DNA of 64,000 nucleotides from Chthonomonadaceae bacterium (GTDB lineage Bacteria; Armatimonadota; Chthonomonadetes; Chthonomonadales; Chthonomonadaceae). The translations under genes were made by a program, and so were the position numbers. Under the pieces are notes generated by a model. The model was not told the origin of the DNA. It searched no databases and worked only from the letters and a program-made list of their open reading frames with translations. Location of the stretch: assembly GCA_035650735.1 (NCBI GenBank), contig DASRGZ010000173.1, positions 1-64,000 on the forward strand. Reading direction: 5' to 3'. Of the stretch, positions 18,291-28,341 are shown in pieces. How positions within the stretch are numbered: the first letter of the stretch is position 1; every line of letters begins with the position of its first letter.

Positions 18291-19139
18291 ATGCTTCCCA
18301 AGTCCCGTCTCCTGTTCATGCTCCTGCTCACCTCCTCCTGAGTACCATCGGAGTAGGCAAGAAGGCTGCCGCACAGGACCTGTTCCTCACCAGCGAATTG
18401 GACAACACCGTGCGCCGCTATGACGGCCAGACCGGAGCCTTCCTGAGCAATTTTGCGTCCGGGGGCGGCCTGAACGTCCCTACCGGCCTCGCCTTCGGCC
18501 CCGACGGAAACCTCCTGGTCGGCAGCTTTGGGACCAACGACGTCAAGCGCTACAACGGCACGACCGGCGCGTTTCTAGATACCTTTGCTTCCAGCGGCCT
18601 CAACGGCCCGATTGACCTGACGTTTGGGCCGGACGGCAATCTGTATGTCGCCAATTTCCTCGGCAGCGATATCCGCCCGGTTTGATGGAAGCACCGGAGC
18701 GTTCCTGGGCAGCTTTGCTTCCGGAGGCGGCCTCAACCAGGCCGGCGGATTGACTTTCGGCCCGGACGGCAACCTCTACGTCAGCAGCAGTGGAACGGGC
18801 GAGGTCAAACGCTACGATGGCATGACGGGGACCTTCCTGGATAACTTCGTCCCGGAAGTCCCGCTATTTACGCCAGGCCGCCTCTTTCAGCCGATTGGAT
18901 TGGCCTTCGGCCCGGACGGCAACCTTTATGTTGTCAGCCAGGGAGCCGATCAGGTGGAGCGTTAGAGCAGTTCCGGCGCGTTTGTGGACGACTTTATCTT
19001 TGAGAGCGACTTCGGTCTGCATGGGCTGATCTATCTGCGCTTTGCTCCGGCGGCGGTCCCGGAGCCGAGTACGCTCTGCTTACTCCTGAGCGCAGGGGCG
19101 GGTGGAGCAGGTCTGGCCTTCCGGCGTCGGCGTGGCTAA
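18291..19139 (+). pseudogene. Disrupted NHL/beta-propeller protein with PEP-CTERM sorting signal
   Basis: RBS AGAAAGGAG, ATG18291 signal peptide; frameshifts near 18335 and 18677; in-frame TAG at 18963; GL[AT]FGPDGNL repeats; ends VPEPSTLCLLLSAGAGGAGLAFRRRRG*. Confidence 0.85.
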
Positions 19140-19160
19140 GCGCGCCTCTCTGTAAGGCAA

Positions 19161-19196
19161 GAAGCCTCCGGTTCGTCAAGCAACCGGAGGCTTTTC
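19161..19196 (+). terminator. Rho-independent terminator
   Basis: AAGCCTCCGGTT-CGTCAAGC-AACCGGAGGCTT followed by TTCTGTT. Confidence 0.75.
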
Positions 19197-19353
19197 TGTT
19201 GCCTGAACGCCCAATAAGTTACGGCAGCAAGCACGTGCGTGGGGCTAATCTGTCGAGCATACCATTCAAGAAGTTCAACCGCAAGACATAGCGATGCTTC
19301 CCAATGAGCAGGCGTGATTTTGTACTATCAACGCCCCATGCCAGGCGAAAAGA

Positions 19354-21393
19354 TCAGGGCCAGGGGAAGAAGGGAGTGGGCGTGAAGCGGTTGTAGAGGG
19401 CGGGCAGCGTGAAGAGTACCGCCGTCGTGAACTCGCCCAGCACCATGCCCAGGAAGAAAGGACGCGCCTTCGCATAGAGCTGCATGCCGCCGTAGCGCAG
19501 GAGGAAGACCTTGCAGAGCCAGGCGACAAAGCAGGGGAACCAGAAGACCATCATCGTCCAGCAGCCGGAGAGGGCGTAGCCGAGCGGGTGGAAGGGGAAC
19601 CAGAGCAGGCGGGTGCGCAGCGTCGCCAACAGCACCGTCACCAGCGCCCCGATGAAGAAGTTGAGCGTCGCAAAAAAGGGTAGGGGCGGCTGTGCGCCGT
19701 TGAGGGTCGAGGCCGCGTTGTCGAAGGCCATCACCGGGTTGCCCTGATAGACGTAGCTGTACATCTGCACCGCGCCGAGGCGGTAGGGCAGGGAGATGTG
19801 CAGATACCCGGAGACGCCGACAGCTACCAGCAGCGCAATCACGAAGACCCCCAGCAGCGAGCGCCGCCGCACCCGCACGCCGTCGGCAAACTTCATCGAG
19901 TCGAGAAAGCCCGTCAGCAGCAGCCCGCGCTGGTCGCGCAGCCACAGGCCGTCCAGGAACGCCATGCCCGTCAGGTTCGCCCCGCCCAACTGCCGCACGT
20001 CGCCGACCATGCGGTAGATGTCAATCGGGCGGAACGAGGTCTCGGTCATCAGCATTCCCGACTCGCAGGTGCTGCGCGCCATCACCAGCGCCACCACAAA
20101 CAGCATCACCCCCAGCTCAAACAGCGCCAGCCAGTAGGCCGTGCCCAGCAGCGTCATCCAGCCCGCCGCCAGCAGCAGGCTGACAATCAGTCCCCAGAAG
20201 GCAAATGGATAGGAGAGGACTTCGTCGGCATCCTCGTCGCCTGATCTCGCCCGCAGCCGCAGCGCCGCCCGCGCCACGCGCGCCAGATGGGGCCGCGCCG
20301 ACCAGACCATGTAGCCCACCAGCACGATATAGCAGCCGATGATCTGGTAGCCGATGAAGGTCTTGCAGCCATACATCGGCATCACTTCTGTCTGGTAGCC
20401 CAGCGCCGTCGCCTGCACCTCCTCGTACTTGGTCAGCAGGAAGAAGAACCACAGCGAGAACAGCAGATCCGTGGGCAGCAGGTAGAAGAAGCCAACCGCC
20501 GCGAACGAGAGGAACATATGGAAGTAGGTCATATCGTTCCAGGGCGGCTGGTTAAAGTAGGCGTTGAGGTCAATGTCGGTCTGGATGTCGGGGATGCTCG
20601 GATACCACTGATGCAGGCCGTTGAAGCCGAAGAGGAGGGCCGGCAGCGCAAAGCCGATCCAGGTGAGGGGGTTCTTGAGAAAACTGCCGCCCGGCGCTCC
20701 GCCGACGCCCGGCGTCTCGCCGCGCACCATCTCCAGCGGCAACTGCACCAGCGGGAAGGCCAGCTTCTCGTTATCTACCCACTGCCGGCGCAGGAGGACC
20801 GCCAGGCACAGCATCGCCGTAAACACCAGCGCGACAAACACGGCCCAGCAGCAGAGCGGCACGATCCAGAGCTGCCAGGGAATGTGTTCGCCGGGCCGCA
20901 GCGCCTCATAGAAGCGCGCCGCCACAAACTGCTTGGGATCGCCGTTGGGGTCGAAGGGCACGACCCAGCGGGGAATGAAGGCAAAGAACTTGGACTTCCA
21001 GCCGTTTTCTGGGGTGGCGTAGTAGTCGGGGACGATGAGCAGGGGAATGAGCTTTTGCAGCAGGCCGCGCGAGGAGACCATCGAGGCCAGCAGCATCATC
21101 ACATAGATGGTAAACATCTCGTGCGGCCGCAGGCGCAGGCGGGCCGAAAAGCGCGTCAGCACCGCCTGCACTCCCAGGATCAGCACCAGCATCCCGATGA
21201 CCACCGGCGGCAGTTGCAGAAATCCGATCTGTATCTTGCCGACGACCAGCTCGGCGTAACAGACCACAAAGCAGGTGATGACCACGCAGACCAGCCCGAC
21301 CATCAGCGCGCGCGGCGAGAGCGCGTTGATGCGCTCCTCACGGGCGCGTTCCGGGACCGGTCGTTCTCTTTCTTGCGATTGCGGATGGATCAT
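19354..21393 (-). CDS. DUF6785/DUF6784-type polytopic membrane protein (putative transporter), paralog 1
   Basis: Many TMs; LRRQWVDNEKLAFPLVQLP, LPTDLLFSLWFF, WFPFHPLGY, LRYGG..LY...RPFFLG...GE; start overlaps the galK stop. Confidence 0.75.
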   Translation of the reverse strand: MIHPQSQERERPVPERAREERINALSPRALMVGLVCVVITCFVVCYAELVVGKIQIGFLQLPPVVIGMLVLILGVQAVLTRFSARLRLRPHEMFTIYVMMLLASMVSSRGLLQKLIPLLIVPDYYATPENGWKSKFFAFIPRWVVPFDPNGDPKQFVAARFYEALRPGEHIPWQLWIVPLCCWAVFVALVFTAMLCLAVLLRRQWVDNEKLAFPLVQLPLEMVRGETPGVGGAPGGSFLKNPLTWIGFALPALLFGFNGLHQWYPSIPDIQTDIDLNAYFNQPPWNDMTYFHMFLSFAAVGFFYLLPTDLLFSLWFFFLLTKYEEVQATALGYQTEVMPMYGCKTFIGYQIIGCYIVLVGYMVWSARPHLARVARAALRLRARSGDEDADEVLSYPFAFWGLIVSLLLAAGWMTLLGTAYWLALFELGVMLFVVALVMARSTCESGMLMTETSFRPIDIYRMVGDVRQLGGANLTGMAFLDGLWLRDQRGLLLTGFLDSMKFADGVRVRRRSLLGVFVIALLVAVGVSGYLHISLPYRLGAVQMYSYVYQGNPVMAFDNAASTLNGAQPPLPFFATLNFFIGALVTVLLATLRTRLLWFPFHPLGYALSGCWTMMVFWFPCFVAWLCKVFLLRYGGMQLYAKARPFFLGMVLGEFTTAVLFTLPALYNRFTPTPFFPWP

Positions 21394-22568
21394 CGTATGC
21401 GCTGTGCGCCCTGAGCGGCGGTCGTGACGTAGATGGTGGTGTTCAAGCCCGTCGCCTGCTTATAGCGTGGCGGCACCGCGCGCTTAAACGCCTCCACCGC
21501 CGCATCGGCCACCAGGCTGACCGTGCAGCCGCCGAAGCCCGCGCCCGTCATGCGGGAACCGTAGACACCTTCGATGGCCCGTGCCGCCTCGACCAGCGCG
21601 TCCAACTCCTTGCAGCTAACCTGGTAGTCGTTTTTCAGGCTCTCATGGGAGGCGTTCATTAGTTCGCCGAAGCGGGCAATATCCCCTGCTTTAAGCGCCT
21701 CCACGCTCTCTAAGGTGCGCGCGTCTTCGGTGATGACGTGCCGGGCGCGCTTGCGGATTGTCTCCGGCAAGCGGTCGGCGTAGCGCTCGAAGTCTTCCAC
21801 GCTCACATCCCGCAGCGCCTTGATGTCGGGCAGCCACTGCTTCAGGATTTCCACCGCCTTTTCGCACTCCGCCCGGCGCGTGTTGTACTCCGAGTCGACC
21901 AGGCCGCGCCGCTTGTTCGTGTCCGCGATCACGATGGAGACGCCCGATTGCGGCAGCGGCACGGCCTCATACGTTAAGTTGCGGGTATCAATCAGCAGGG
22001 CGTGGTTCTTCTGGCCCAGCGCCGAGATGAACTGATCCATGATGCCGACGTTGACCCCGACAAATTCGCGCTCCCCTCGCTGCGCCAGCAGCGCCAGGCG
22101 CACCGGTTCGATCTCGATCCCGGCAGCCGTCGCGTAGGCCAGGCCGCTCGCCACCAGCATCGCCGCCGACGATGATAGCCCCGACCCCAGCGGCACATCC
22201 CCCTGCACCACGCAGTTCATGCCGACCGTCTCCAGACCCTCCTGCGCGAACACCCAGGCCATCGCGCGCACGTAGTTGCTCCACCGCTCGCGCCCCTCGG
22301 TCGCCGGCTGGACGCCATCTAATGTGAATGTTGACGACTGGTTGAAGTTGAGCGCATAAGCGCGCACCTGCCGGTCGTTGCGGCGCGTGCCCGCGATCAG
22401 CACGTCCCGGTCAATGGCAGCGGGGAAAACAAAGCCGTCGTTATAGTCCGTATGCTCGCCGATGAGATTGACCCGTCCCGGGGCGCGTACAAGGAACTCC
22501 GGTATCCCACCGAAGAGCTCGGTATATTTCTCGGTAATCTCTTGAATGCGCTGTGCTTCCTGCGTCAT
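21390..22568 (-). CDS. galK: Galactokinase
   Basis: APGRVNLIGEHTDYNDG, PLGSGLSSSAA, GIMDQF, GSRMTGAGFGGC. Confidence 0.96.
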   Translation of the reverse strand: MTQEAQRIQEITEKYTELFGGIPEFLVRAPGRVNLIGEHTDYNDGFVFPAAIDRDVLIAGTRRNDRQVRAYALNFNQSSTFTLDGVQPATEGRERWSNYVRAMAWVFAQEGLETVGMNCVVQGDVPLGSGLSSSAAMLVASGLAYATAAGIEIEPVRLALLAQRGEREFVGVNVGIMDQFISALGQKNHALLIDTRNLTYEAVPLPQSGVSIVIADTNKRRGLVDSEYNTRRAECEKAVEILKQWLPDIKALRDVSVEDFERYADRLPETIRKRARHVITEDARTLESVEALKAGDIARFGELMNASHESLKNDYQVSCKELDALVEAARAIEGVYGSRMTGAGFGGCTVSLVADAAVEAFKRAVPPRYKQATGLNTTIYVTTAAQGAQRIR

Positions 22569-22849
22569 GTGCCTCTACCTCTCGCGTTGGCTCCTGGCTT
22601 TGATACGTTGCACGCCCGGCTTTGTTTGCGGAGTATCGCATTCCTATCTCCGGCGTAAGGGAGGGCTGTGCCTTTATACCCTGGTCTGGCGAAAAAGTTA
22701 CCCCTTGTTCCCGGCGCAGGGCGAAGGCTCTGTATCGCCCCAATCGGCAGCGCAGAGCCTGCAGATACAGAAAGAGAACGTATTCTTTGTGCGTCGGTGA
22801 CGAAGATCCGTATAGGGTTCGGATTGTGCTGGGCCTACTGCTTGTGCCT

Positions 22850-23458
22850 TTAGATGGGCAGGCGGGAAGCGTGCCAGGCGTTGGGAGGCAGGACCTGCGG
22901 ACCGGGATAAAGGGTGAACCGGACGATATTGGCCGGGTTTAAGATCGCTACTCCTCCGCCGCGCCGCCGCGCATGCAGACCTGCCGCCGAGAATATCTGC
23001 TGCAGAAGGACGCCCACATCCATCGGCGTGCGCTCCTGTGCCTGCACCTGCAACTCCATAAAGACGCGCTCGCCGCTGGTCAACTCCGCTTCCGCGAAGG
23101 CGACAAGGGGTGTGCCGGGCGCAGGCGCTCCCTGGCGGAACAGGTTCGCATAATGCTCCGGGTCGTAACGCTGGAAGAACTCGTCGTCTGAAATTTCCTT
23201 GACATCCAGCACTCCGTGATGGAAGGGCCATTGGGGGAGATTGTCGGCGACGAGATCTACTCGGACGATGTGAGAGCACTGGATGGCGGTCATGGTCTGG
23301 TCCCCGCCAAGCACCAGATGGTGCTGGGCGAAGAGCCGATTGGGTTGGATGTGCTCGACAATCTTCTGGATCGCCGTCGCGTCGTTCTGCGCAAACTTGG
23401 CAACGCGGCCATCCTGCAAGTAGACATGGATTTCCAGAGGGGTGGAAGGGACACTCAT
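22850..23458 (-). CDS. Hypothetical protein
   Basis: RBS AAAGGAG; globular 202-aa ORF. Confidence 0.65.
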   Translation of the reverse strand: MSVPSTPLEIHVYLQDGRVAKFAQNDATAIQKIVEHIQPNRLFAQHHLVLGGDQTMTAIQCSHIVRVDLVADNLPQWPFHHGVLDVKEISDDEFFQRYDPEHYANLFRQGAPAPGTPLVAFAEAELTSGERVFMELQVQAQERTPMDVGVLLQQIFSAAGLHARRRGGGVAILNPANIVRFTLYPGPQVLPPNAWHASRLPI

Positions 23459-23716
23459 GGCTGGCGGCTCCTTTCCGGGACATCCGAGCGCACCGTGCGT
23501 CCGGCCTGCCTACAGATTACGCGCATTGGCAGCCTGTGTCAAGAGGCAGTTTCTCCGGCGGCTCTGAGGTTAGCCTTGTGCTGAGTTGCAGTGACAATCA
23601 GCCATCTAAGCAGGAAAGGCGGGCAGGCGCTTGCTGCGCACGGTGGAGGCCGCAGAGACGGAGTTCCACCGGGCATGGACAAAGGAGACCCAGCTTGTCT
23701 GGCGGCTTAACGCAGG

Positions 23717-23953
23717 TTAGTCTCTGTCTGGCTTGATCTGGCTTGCATCGGCCTCAGGCTCTTCGGGAGCGCCGCTTCCGTATTTGCCGATAGGAAGGAT
23801 CTCGGCTGTGTCTGGGACCTGAGGCTCGGCTCTGGGCAGATCCAATCCTGCATCCTGGGCAACCTCAGATTGGGCGCGTTTGCGGTTGGCCTGGTTGCCG
23901 GTTGAGACGGCTTCGACCGCGCTGCCTTGGGTCTTGTTATCTTTCTCTCCCAT
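23717..23953 (-). CDS. Small hydrophilic hypothetical protein (78 aa)
   Basis: [13 protein letters not shown] before ATG; MGEKDNKTQGS... Confidence 0.45.
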   Translation of the reverse strand: MGEKDNKTQGSAVEAVSTGNQANRKRAQSEVAQDAGLDLPRAEPQVPDTAEILPIGKYGSGAPEEPEADASQIKPDRD

Positions 23954-24219
23954 TCCTCTCCTCCCCGGAATCCATAGGCTTGGCGGCGGGTGGATGGCTG
24001 CAATTCGGATAGCCAATAGACGCGGGTGAGGAGAGATAGAGTTCCGAAATGTCGTTCCCTTCCTGGAAAGAGAGGGCCGGGTTGCAACCCTCTTTCCAAT
24101 TCGCGCCCGTGGGCAATGGCAGCAATTGGGTTTGTATCCGTGAGGCAGAGCAGGAATTGATGGGCCGTACGTCGAAGAAGCGAGCATTCTAAACCTCTTC
24201 CGATAAGGAGAAGCGGCCC

Positions 24220-25845
24220 ATGCTCGCCCATGTCCAATCCAGCGCTGTGCTTGGCATTGATGCCTATCAGGTGCATGTGGAGGTAGATGTCAGCAACGGC
24301 CTGCCGTCCATGTCTATCGTAGGGCTGCCCGATGCGGCGGTCAACGAGAGCCGGGAGCGGGTGCGGGCGGCCATAAAGAACTCTGGGCTCTTCTTTCCCT
24401 ACGACAAGCGTGTGGTCATCAACCTGGCTCCGGCGGACGTGCGCAAGGCCGGACCGAGTTTCGATCTACCTATTGCCATCGGACTGCTGGTGGCGACGGG
24501 ACAGTTGCCCGGCGAGCATCTGGAGGGCGCGCTGCTGGCAGGCGAACTCTCTCTAGATGGCGGCGTGCGGCCCATCGCGGGGGCGCTGCCCATTGCCATC
24601 GGCGCGCGGGAACGCAGCCAGAAGCGCCTGTATGTCCCCGCCGCCAACGCCCGCGAGTGCGCCATTGTTGCCGGCGTGGATGTCTATCCGGTGACGACAC
24701 TGGCGGACGTGGCCCGCGCCCTGGCCCTGCCGGAAACGCTCGATCCCTTGCCCTACGACGCCTCGCTGCTGGTCCCCCATGCTCCCCACTATGCCTATGA
24801 TTTCGCGGACGTCAAGGGGCATGGCCACGTCAAACGCGCCCTGGAGGTGGCGGCTGCCGGAGGGCATAATGTTTTGCTGCTTGGCCCTCCCGGCTCGGGT
24901 AAGACGATGCTGGCCCGCCGCCTGCCCTCTATCCTGCCGCCCATGACCCCGGACGAGGCGCTGGAGACGACCAAGCTCTATAGCGTCTCGGGTCTGCTCT
25001 CTTCGGAGGCCGCCCTGGTCAACACCCGCCCCTTCCGCTCGCCCCACCACACGGTTTCCACCGCCGCGCTGGTTGGGGGCGGCTCGGTGCCCCGTCCGGG
25101 CGAGGTTAGCCTGGCCCATCACGGCGTGCTCTTCCTCGACGAGCTGCCCGAATTTGCTCGCGACGCCCTGGAGGTGCTGCGCCAGCCCTTGGAAGATGGA
25201 GTGGTCAGCCTCTCTCGCGTCCATGCCTCCTACACCTATCCCGCTGACTTCTGCCTGATCGCTGCCATGAACCCCTGTCCCTGTGGCTATTTTGGCGATG
25301 TCTACCGAGCGTGTACCTGCTCGCCGACCCAGGTGCACAAGTACCAGAAGAAAATCTCCGGGCCGCTGCTGGACCGGATTGACCTGCATGTGGAGGTGCC
25401 TCGCCTCTCAGAGGAAGAGCTGCTCCAGTACGCCCCCGGCGAGAGCTCTGAGGCCATCCGAGCGCGGGTGGTGCGGGCGCGGGCGGCCCAGGCCAAGCGT
25501 TTCTCGGCTCCGCCGTGCCAACCGGAGGCGCTGGAGGTCGAGGACGCGTCGCCCCATCCGGCCGAGAGCGCCGCCGGCTCCCGCTCTGGGGGGGCGCGTC
25601 GGCTCTTCTGTAATGCGCAGATGGGCCCCAGGGAATTGCGGGCTTATTGCGCGCCTTCGGAGGCGGTCAAGACGCTGTTGCGGGGAGCCATTCAGCAGTT
25701 GGGGCTGTCGGCGCGGGCGTATGACCGTTTGCTGAAGGTGGCGCGCACGATAGCCGACCTGGCCGGGGAGCCAGACATTCAGGTAGCCCATATCGCCGAG
25801 GCCATCCAGTACCGCAGCCTGGATAGGAAGTTCCTGGGAGGGTAA
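24220..25845 (+). CDS. comM: ComM/YifB Mg-chelatase-like AAA ATPase
   Basis: [60 protein letters not shown]. Confidence 0.93.
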   Translation: MLAHVQSSAVLGIDAYQVHVEVDVSNGLPSMSIVGLPDAAVNESRERVRAAIKNSGLFFPYDKRVVINLAPADVRKAGPSFDLPIAIGLLVATGQLPGEHLEGALLAGELSLDGGVRPIAGALPIAIGARERSQKRLYVPAANARECAIVAGVDVYPVTTLADVARALALPETLDPLPYDASLLVPHAPHYAYDFADVKGHGHVKRALEVAAAGGHNVLLLGPPGSGKTMLARRLPSILPPMTPDEALETTKLYSVSGLLSSEAALVNTRPFRSPHHTVSTAALVGGGSVPRPGEVSLAHHGVLFLDELPEFARDALEVLRQPLEDGVVSLSRVHASYTYPADFCLIAAMNPCPCGYFGDVYRACTCSPTQVHKYQKKISGPLLDRIDLHVEVPRLSEEELLQYAPGESSEAIRARVVRARAAQAKRFSAPPCQPEALEVEDASPHPAESAAGSRSGGARRLFCNAQMGPRELRAYCAPSEAVKTLLRGAIQQLGLSARAYDRLLKVARTIADLAGEPDIQVAHIAEAIQYRSLDRKFLGG

Positions 25846-25891
25846 TGCGCTCGCAAAGCGCTGTGTTATAATAGGGCAGGAGCAAACGACA

Positions 25892-26137
25892 GTGGCTGTG
25901 TTAAGTATAGAAGAGCTCTATGAGCGATACATCAAGCCCTTGACGCCGGCAGAACGCCTGCGCCTGCTGGCGATGACTGCGCACGATCTGGCGCAAACTT
26001 CCCTTCTGCCGGAGAATTCCGGCGCGGGGCTGGCAGCCGGCCTGGCTCGTTTCATCGGGGCAGCGCAAGGAAGCTTCGCCACACCCGCTGAAGCAGACGC
26101 ATTCATTCTTCGGGAACGTGAGGCATGGCACTCTTAA
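25892..26137 (+). CDS. Putative type II antitoxin
   Basis: LTPAERLRLL...EADAFILREREAW; overlaps the start of a PIN remnant. Confidence 0.6.
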   Translation: MAVLSIEELYERYIKPLTPAERLRLLAMTAHDLAQTSLLPENSGAGLAAGLARFIGAAQGSFATPAEADAFILREREAWHS

Positions 26138-26226
26138 GCGCTGTCCGTGGCCCCTTTATTTACCTTGACGCCAACATCGTTGAGAGGCCAAATGTCGTAC
26201 AATATCATGCTTACTGTGGAGGATAG
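26125..26226 (+). pseudogene. N-terminal remnant of a VapC/PIN toxin
   Basis: MALLSAVRGPFIYLDANIVE then loss of similarity and a stop after 33 aa. Confidence 0.6.
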
Positions 26227-26647
26227 CCACTTGTTGTCTATCCTGCGAGAGCAACTAACGGCGGCGGGGTACGCGCCCCGCGAGGTGCGGTACGAGGACG
26301 TGTTTGCTATATCCCCTGTCTTCGGACACAACGAGGAGGCGGTGTTCTTTGTGTATGCCGGGCCAGACCGCCAGCGGATGCACGCCTTGGCGCAACATCT
26401 ATACCACGAGTGGTCTCTGCGGGGCGGCGTTCTCTATATTGTGTATCACCTTGGCGAAGCGCAAGAAGAGGACGTATTCAAGCTGTGGGCGCTGGATGCG
26501 CTGTGGAAGTACAACGCCGAGCACGCCTTCATCGTACTCAACCAATCCCTTGCGTGCGACCTGGAAGAGAACGTCCGCCAAATAGTCAGGGTGCTACCCC
26601 GCCTGATCGGTGAAGGACGCGAACCCGAAGCCGGTCTTCCTCGCTGA
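26192..26647 (+). CDS. Hypothetical protein, possibly a degenerate receiver-like fold
   Basis: IMLTVEDSHLLSILREQLTAAGY resembles a receiver N-terminus; other catalytic residues not evident. Confidence 0.5.
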   Translation: MSYNIMLTVEDSHLLSILREQLTAAGYAPREVRYEDVFAISPVFGHNEEAVFFVYAGPDRQRMHALAQHLYHEWSLRGGVLYIVYHLGEAQEEDVFKLWALDALWKYNAEHAFIVLNQSLACDLEENVRQIVRVLPRLIGEGREPEAGLPR

Positions 26648-26768
26648 GCCGGCCTGGAAGCATTAGGGTGCATAGGGCGCAGAGGGGCTGACAGTGCGAA
26701 GCGAATGGCGTCGGCTACAGATGACGTCAGCGCGCTCCACAACGGCGGCTGACCGGGGAGCAGGAGGC

Positions 26769-27263
26769 ATGACACCGAGCGACAATATTCGGTACCGAGA
26801 AGCTACAAGCGCCGACGTCGAGGCGATGGCCCGATGTCGGCTGACGGACCCTGCCGCTGGCGCCGCCGACCCGCGCATGGCCGCGTACTTCGAGGGCGAG
26901 CATCACCCGCAGCAGGCGCTGCGCCCGCGCATCGGTTACGTGGCGCTGGCCGGGGAGACGGTCATCGGCTACATCGCGGGACACCGGACACGCCGCTACG
27001 CTTGCGACGGCGAGGTGCAGTATCTCTTTGTCGCGGCAGAGTATCGAAGGCGGGCAGTTGCCACCGCCTTGCTGCGATTGTTGGCCGGGTGGTTTCGAGA
27101 GCAGGGCGCAACGAAGGTCTGCGTGAATGCTGACCTCGATAGTCCGGCGGCTCAGCCCTTCTATACCAGCCAGGGCGCGTCTGCGCTCAATAAGCACTGG
27201 TATCTGTGGGAGGACATTGGGACCGTCCTTAGAGATGATGTGCCTAGTCAGGTTCGGGGGTGA
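26769..27263 (+). CDS. GNAT family acetyltransferase
   Basis: RBS AGGAGG; EVQYLFVAAEYRRRAVA, AQPFYTSQGA. Confidence 0.82.
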   Translation: MTPSDNIRYREATSADVEAMARCRLTDPAAGAADPRMAAYFEGEHHPQQALRPRIGYVALAGETVIGYIAGHRTRRYACDGEVQYLFVAAEYRRRAVATALLRLLAGWFREQGATKVCVNADLDSPAAQPFYTSQGASALNKHWYLWEDIGTVLRDDVPSQVRG

Positions 27264-27355
27264 GGTCGCATCGCTATTGGGGAACTTTTCCTCCCCCGCT
27301 GCGTTTTTAGAACAACGAAATCCATGCCCTCGGACTTGGGAAGGAGGCACCCACG

Positions 27356-27847
27356 ATGCAAGCTCCCCACGAGCGCCTGTTGCGCTATCTGGATGAGGCC
27401 CATGCGGCGGAGGTCGGGATTGTCGAAATGCTGCAAGACATGATGCAGCAGACCCAGCAGGAACAAATCCGCGCTGCCTTTGAAGCCCATATGCTGCAAA
27501 CCAAGGAGCAAGCGCTTCGGGTGGAGACGCGACTGCGCGCGCTGGGCGGGACGCCTTCGGGCGGGAAGAGCTTCTTCAACAGCATGTTGAGCAGAGTGGC
27601 CGATCTGCTGCACGGCAGGCAGGATGCCTATGATAAGACCACCCAGGACGTGATCAAAGCCTACAGCGTGGAGCATCTGGAGATTGGGATGTACGCGGCA
27701 CTGGCCACCTTTGCGCGTCTGTATGGGGACCGCGACACGGAAGCGCTGGCCCTTCAGATCATGGCCGAAGAGCAAGCCGCAGCCGATCAACTGCGGCCTT
27801 TGATCGATAGCGCCTCGGCCAAAGCGTTTGAGGCTTCCAGCAAGTGA
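27356..27847 (+). CDS. Ferritin-like DUF892 (YciE/YciF) protein
   Basis: YLDEAHAAE, H..QT..Q..R, EHLEIGMY, IMAEE. Confidence 0.85.
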   Translation: MQAPHERLLRYLDEAHAAEVGIVEMLQDMMQQTQQEQIRAAFEAHMLQTKEQALRVETRLRALGGTPSGGKSFFNSMLSRVADLLHGRQDAYDKTTQDVIKAYSVEHLEIGMYAALATFARLYGDRDTEALALQIMAEEQAAADQLRPLIDSASAKAFEASSK

Positions 27848-27995
27848 GCGCTCTCAGGTTCTACGGAGCAGGATTTCCAGGCAGATTGCCAACTCCCAGC
27901 CCAACCCAACTTCGACTCATCGCCTGATCAGAAGGCTCCCGGTAGGCTGGGGCAGGTGATGTCAGACCATGCGTGTGCCACGGGAGAAAGAGAGC

Positions 27996-28217
27996 ATGAC
28001 AGACAAGCCCTTCCTCGCGATCAAGATGAACCGTTATGAGCATCCGATGCCTTGTGCCTTGTGCGACCGGCCCACGATCCCGGCCGAGGGGCCGGAACTG
28101 TTCCTGGTGGAGCGTTGGGAACTGGTCTGCTGGGACTGCGGGCAGAAGATTGCTCCTGAATTGGTAGAACTATTGACCACGCGCCGCGCACTGCGGACCC
28201 CACCGCCTCCAGAATAG
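27996..28217 (+). CDS. Small putative zinc-binding protein
   Basis: CALC...GPELF...VCWDC. Confidence 0.6.
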   Translation: MTDKPFLAIKMNRYEHPMPCALCDRPTIPAEGPELFLVERWELVCWDCGQKIAPELVELLTTRRALRTPPPPE

Positions 28218-28341
28218 GCATGTGCTCTGCCTATCCTGCCCTCCACTCATTTCCAGGCGCTGCATAGAGGCGCCAGCGCCTGGTATCGCTCCCTGGTCTG
28301 TACCGTTGGGCGTGACTGCACACGCTGCATAGAGGTTGCCA

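Noticed and set aside
18963..18965. Pyrrolysine or other TAG read-through
   Set aside because: Same gene has two frameshifts; TAG is one change from the expected Tyr codon; TAG is a normal stop elsewhere in the window
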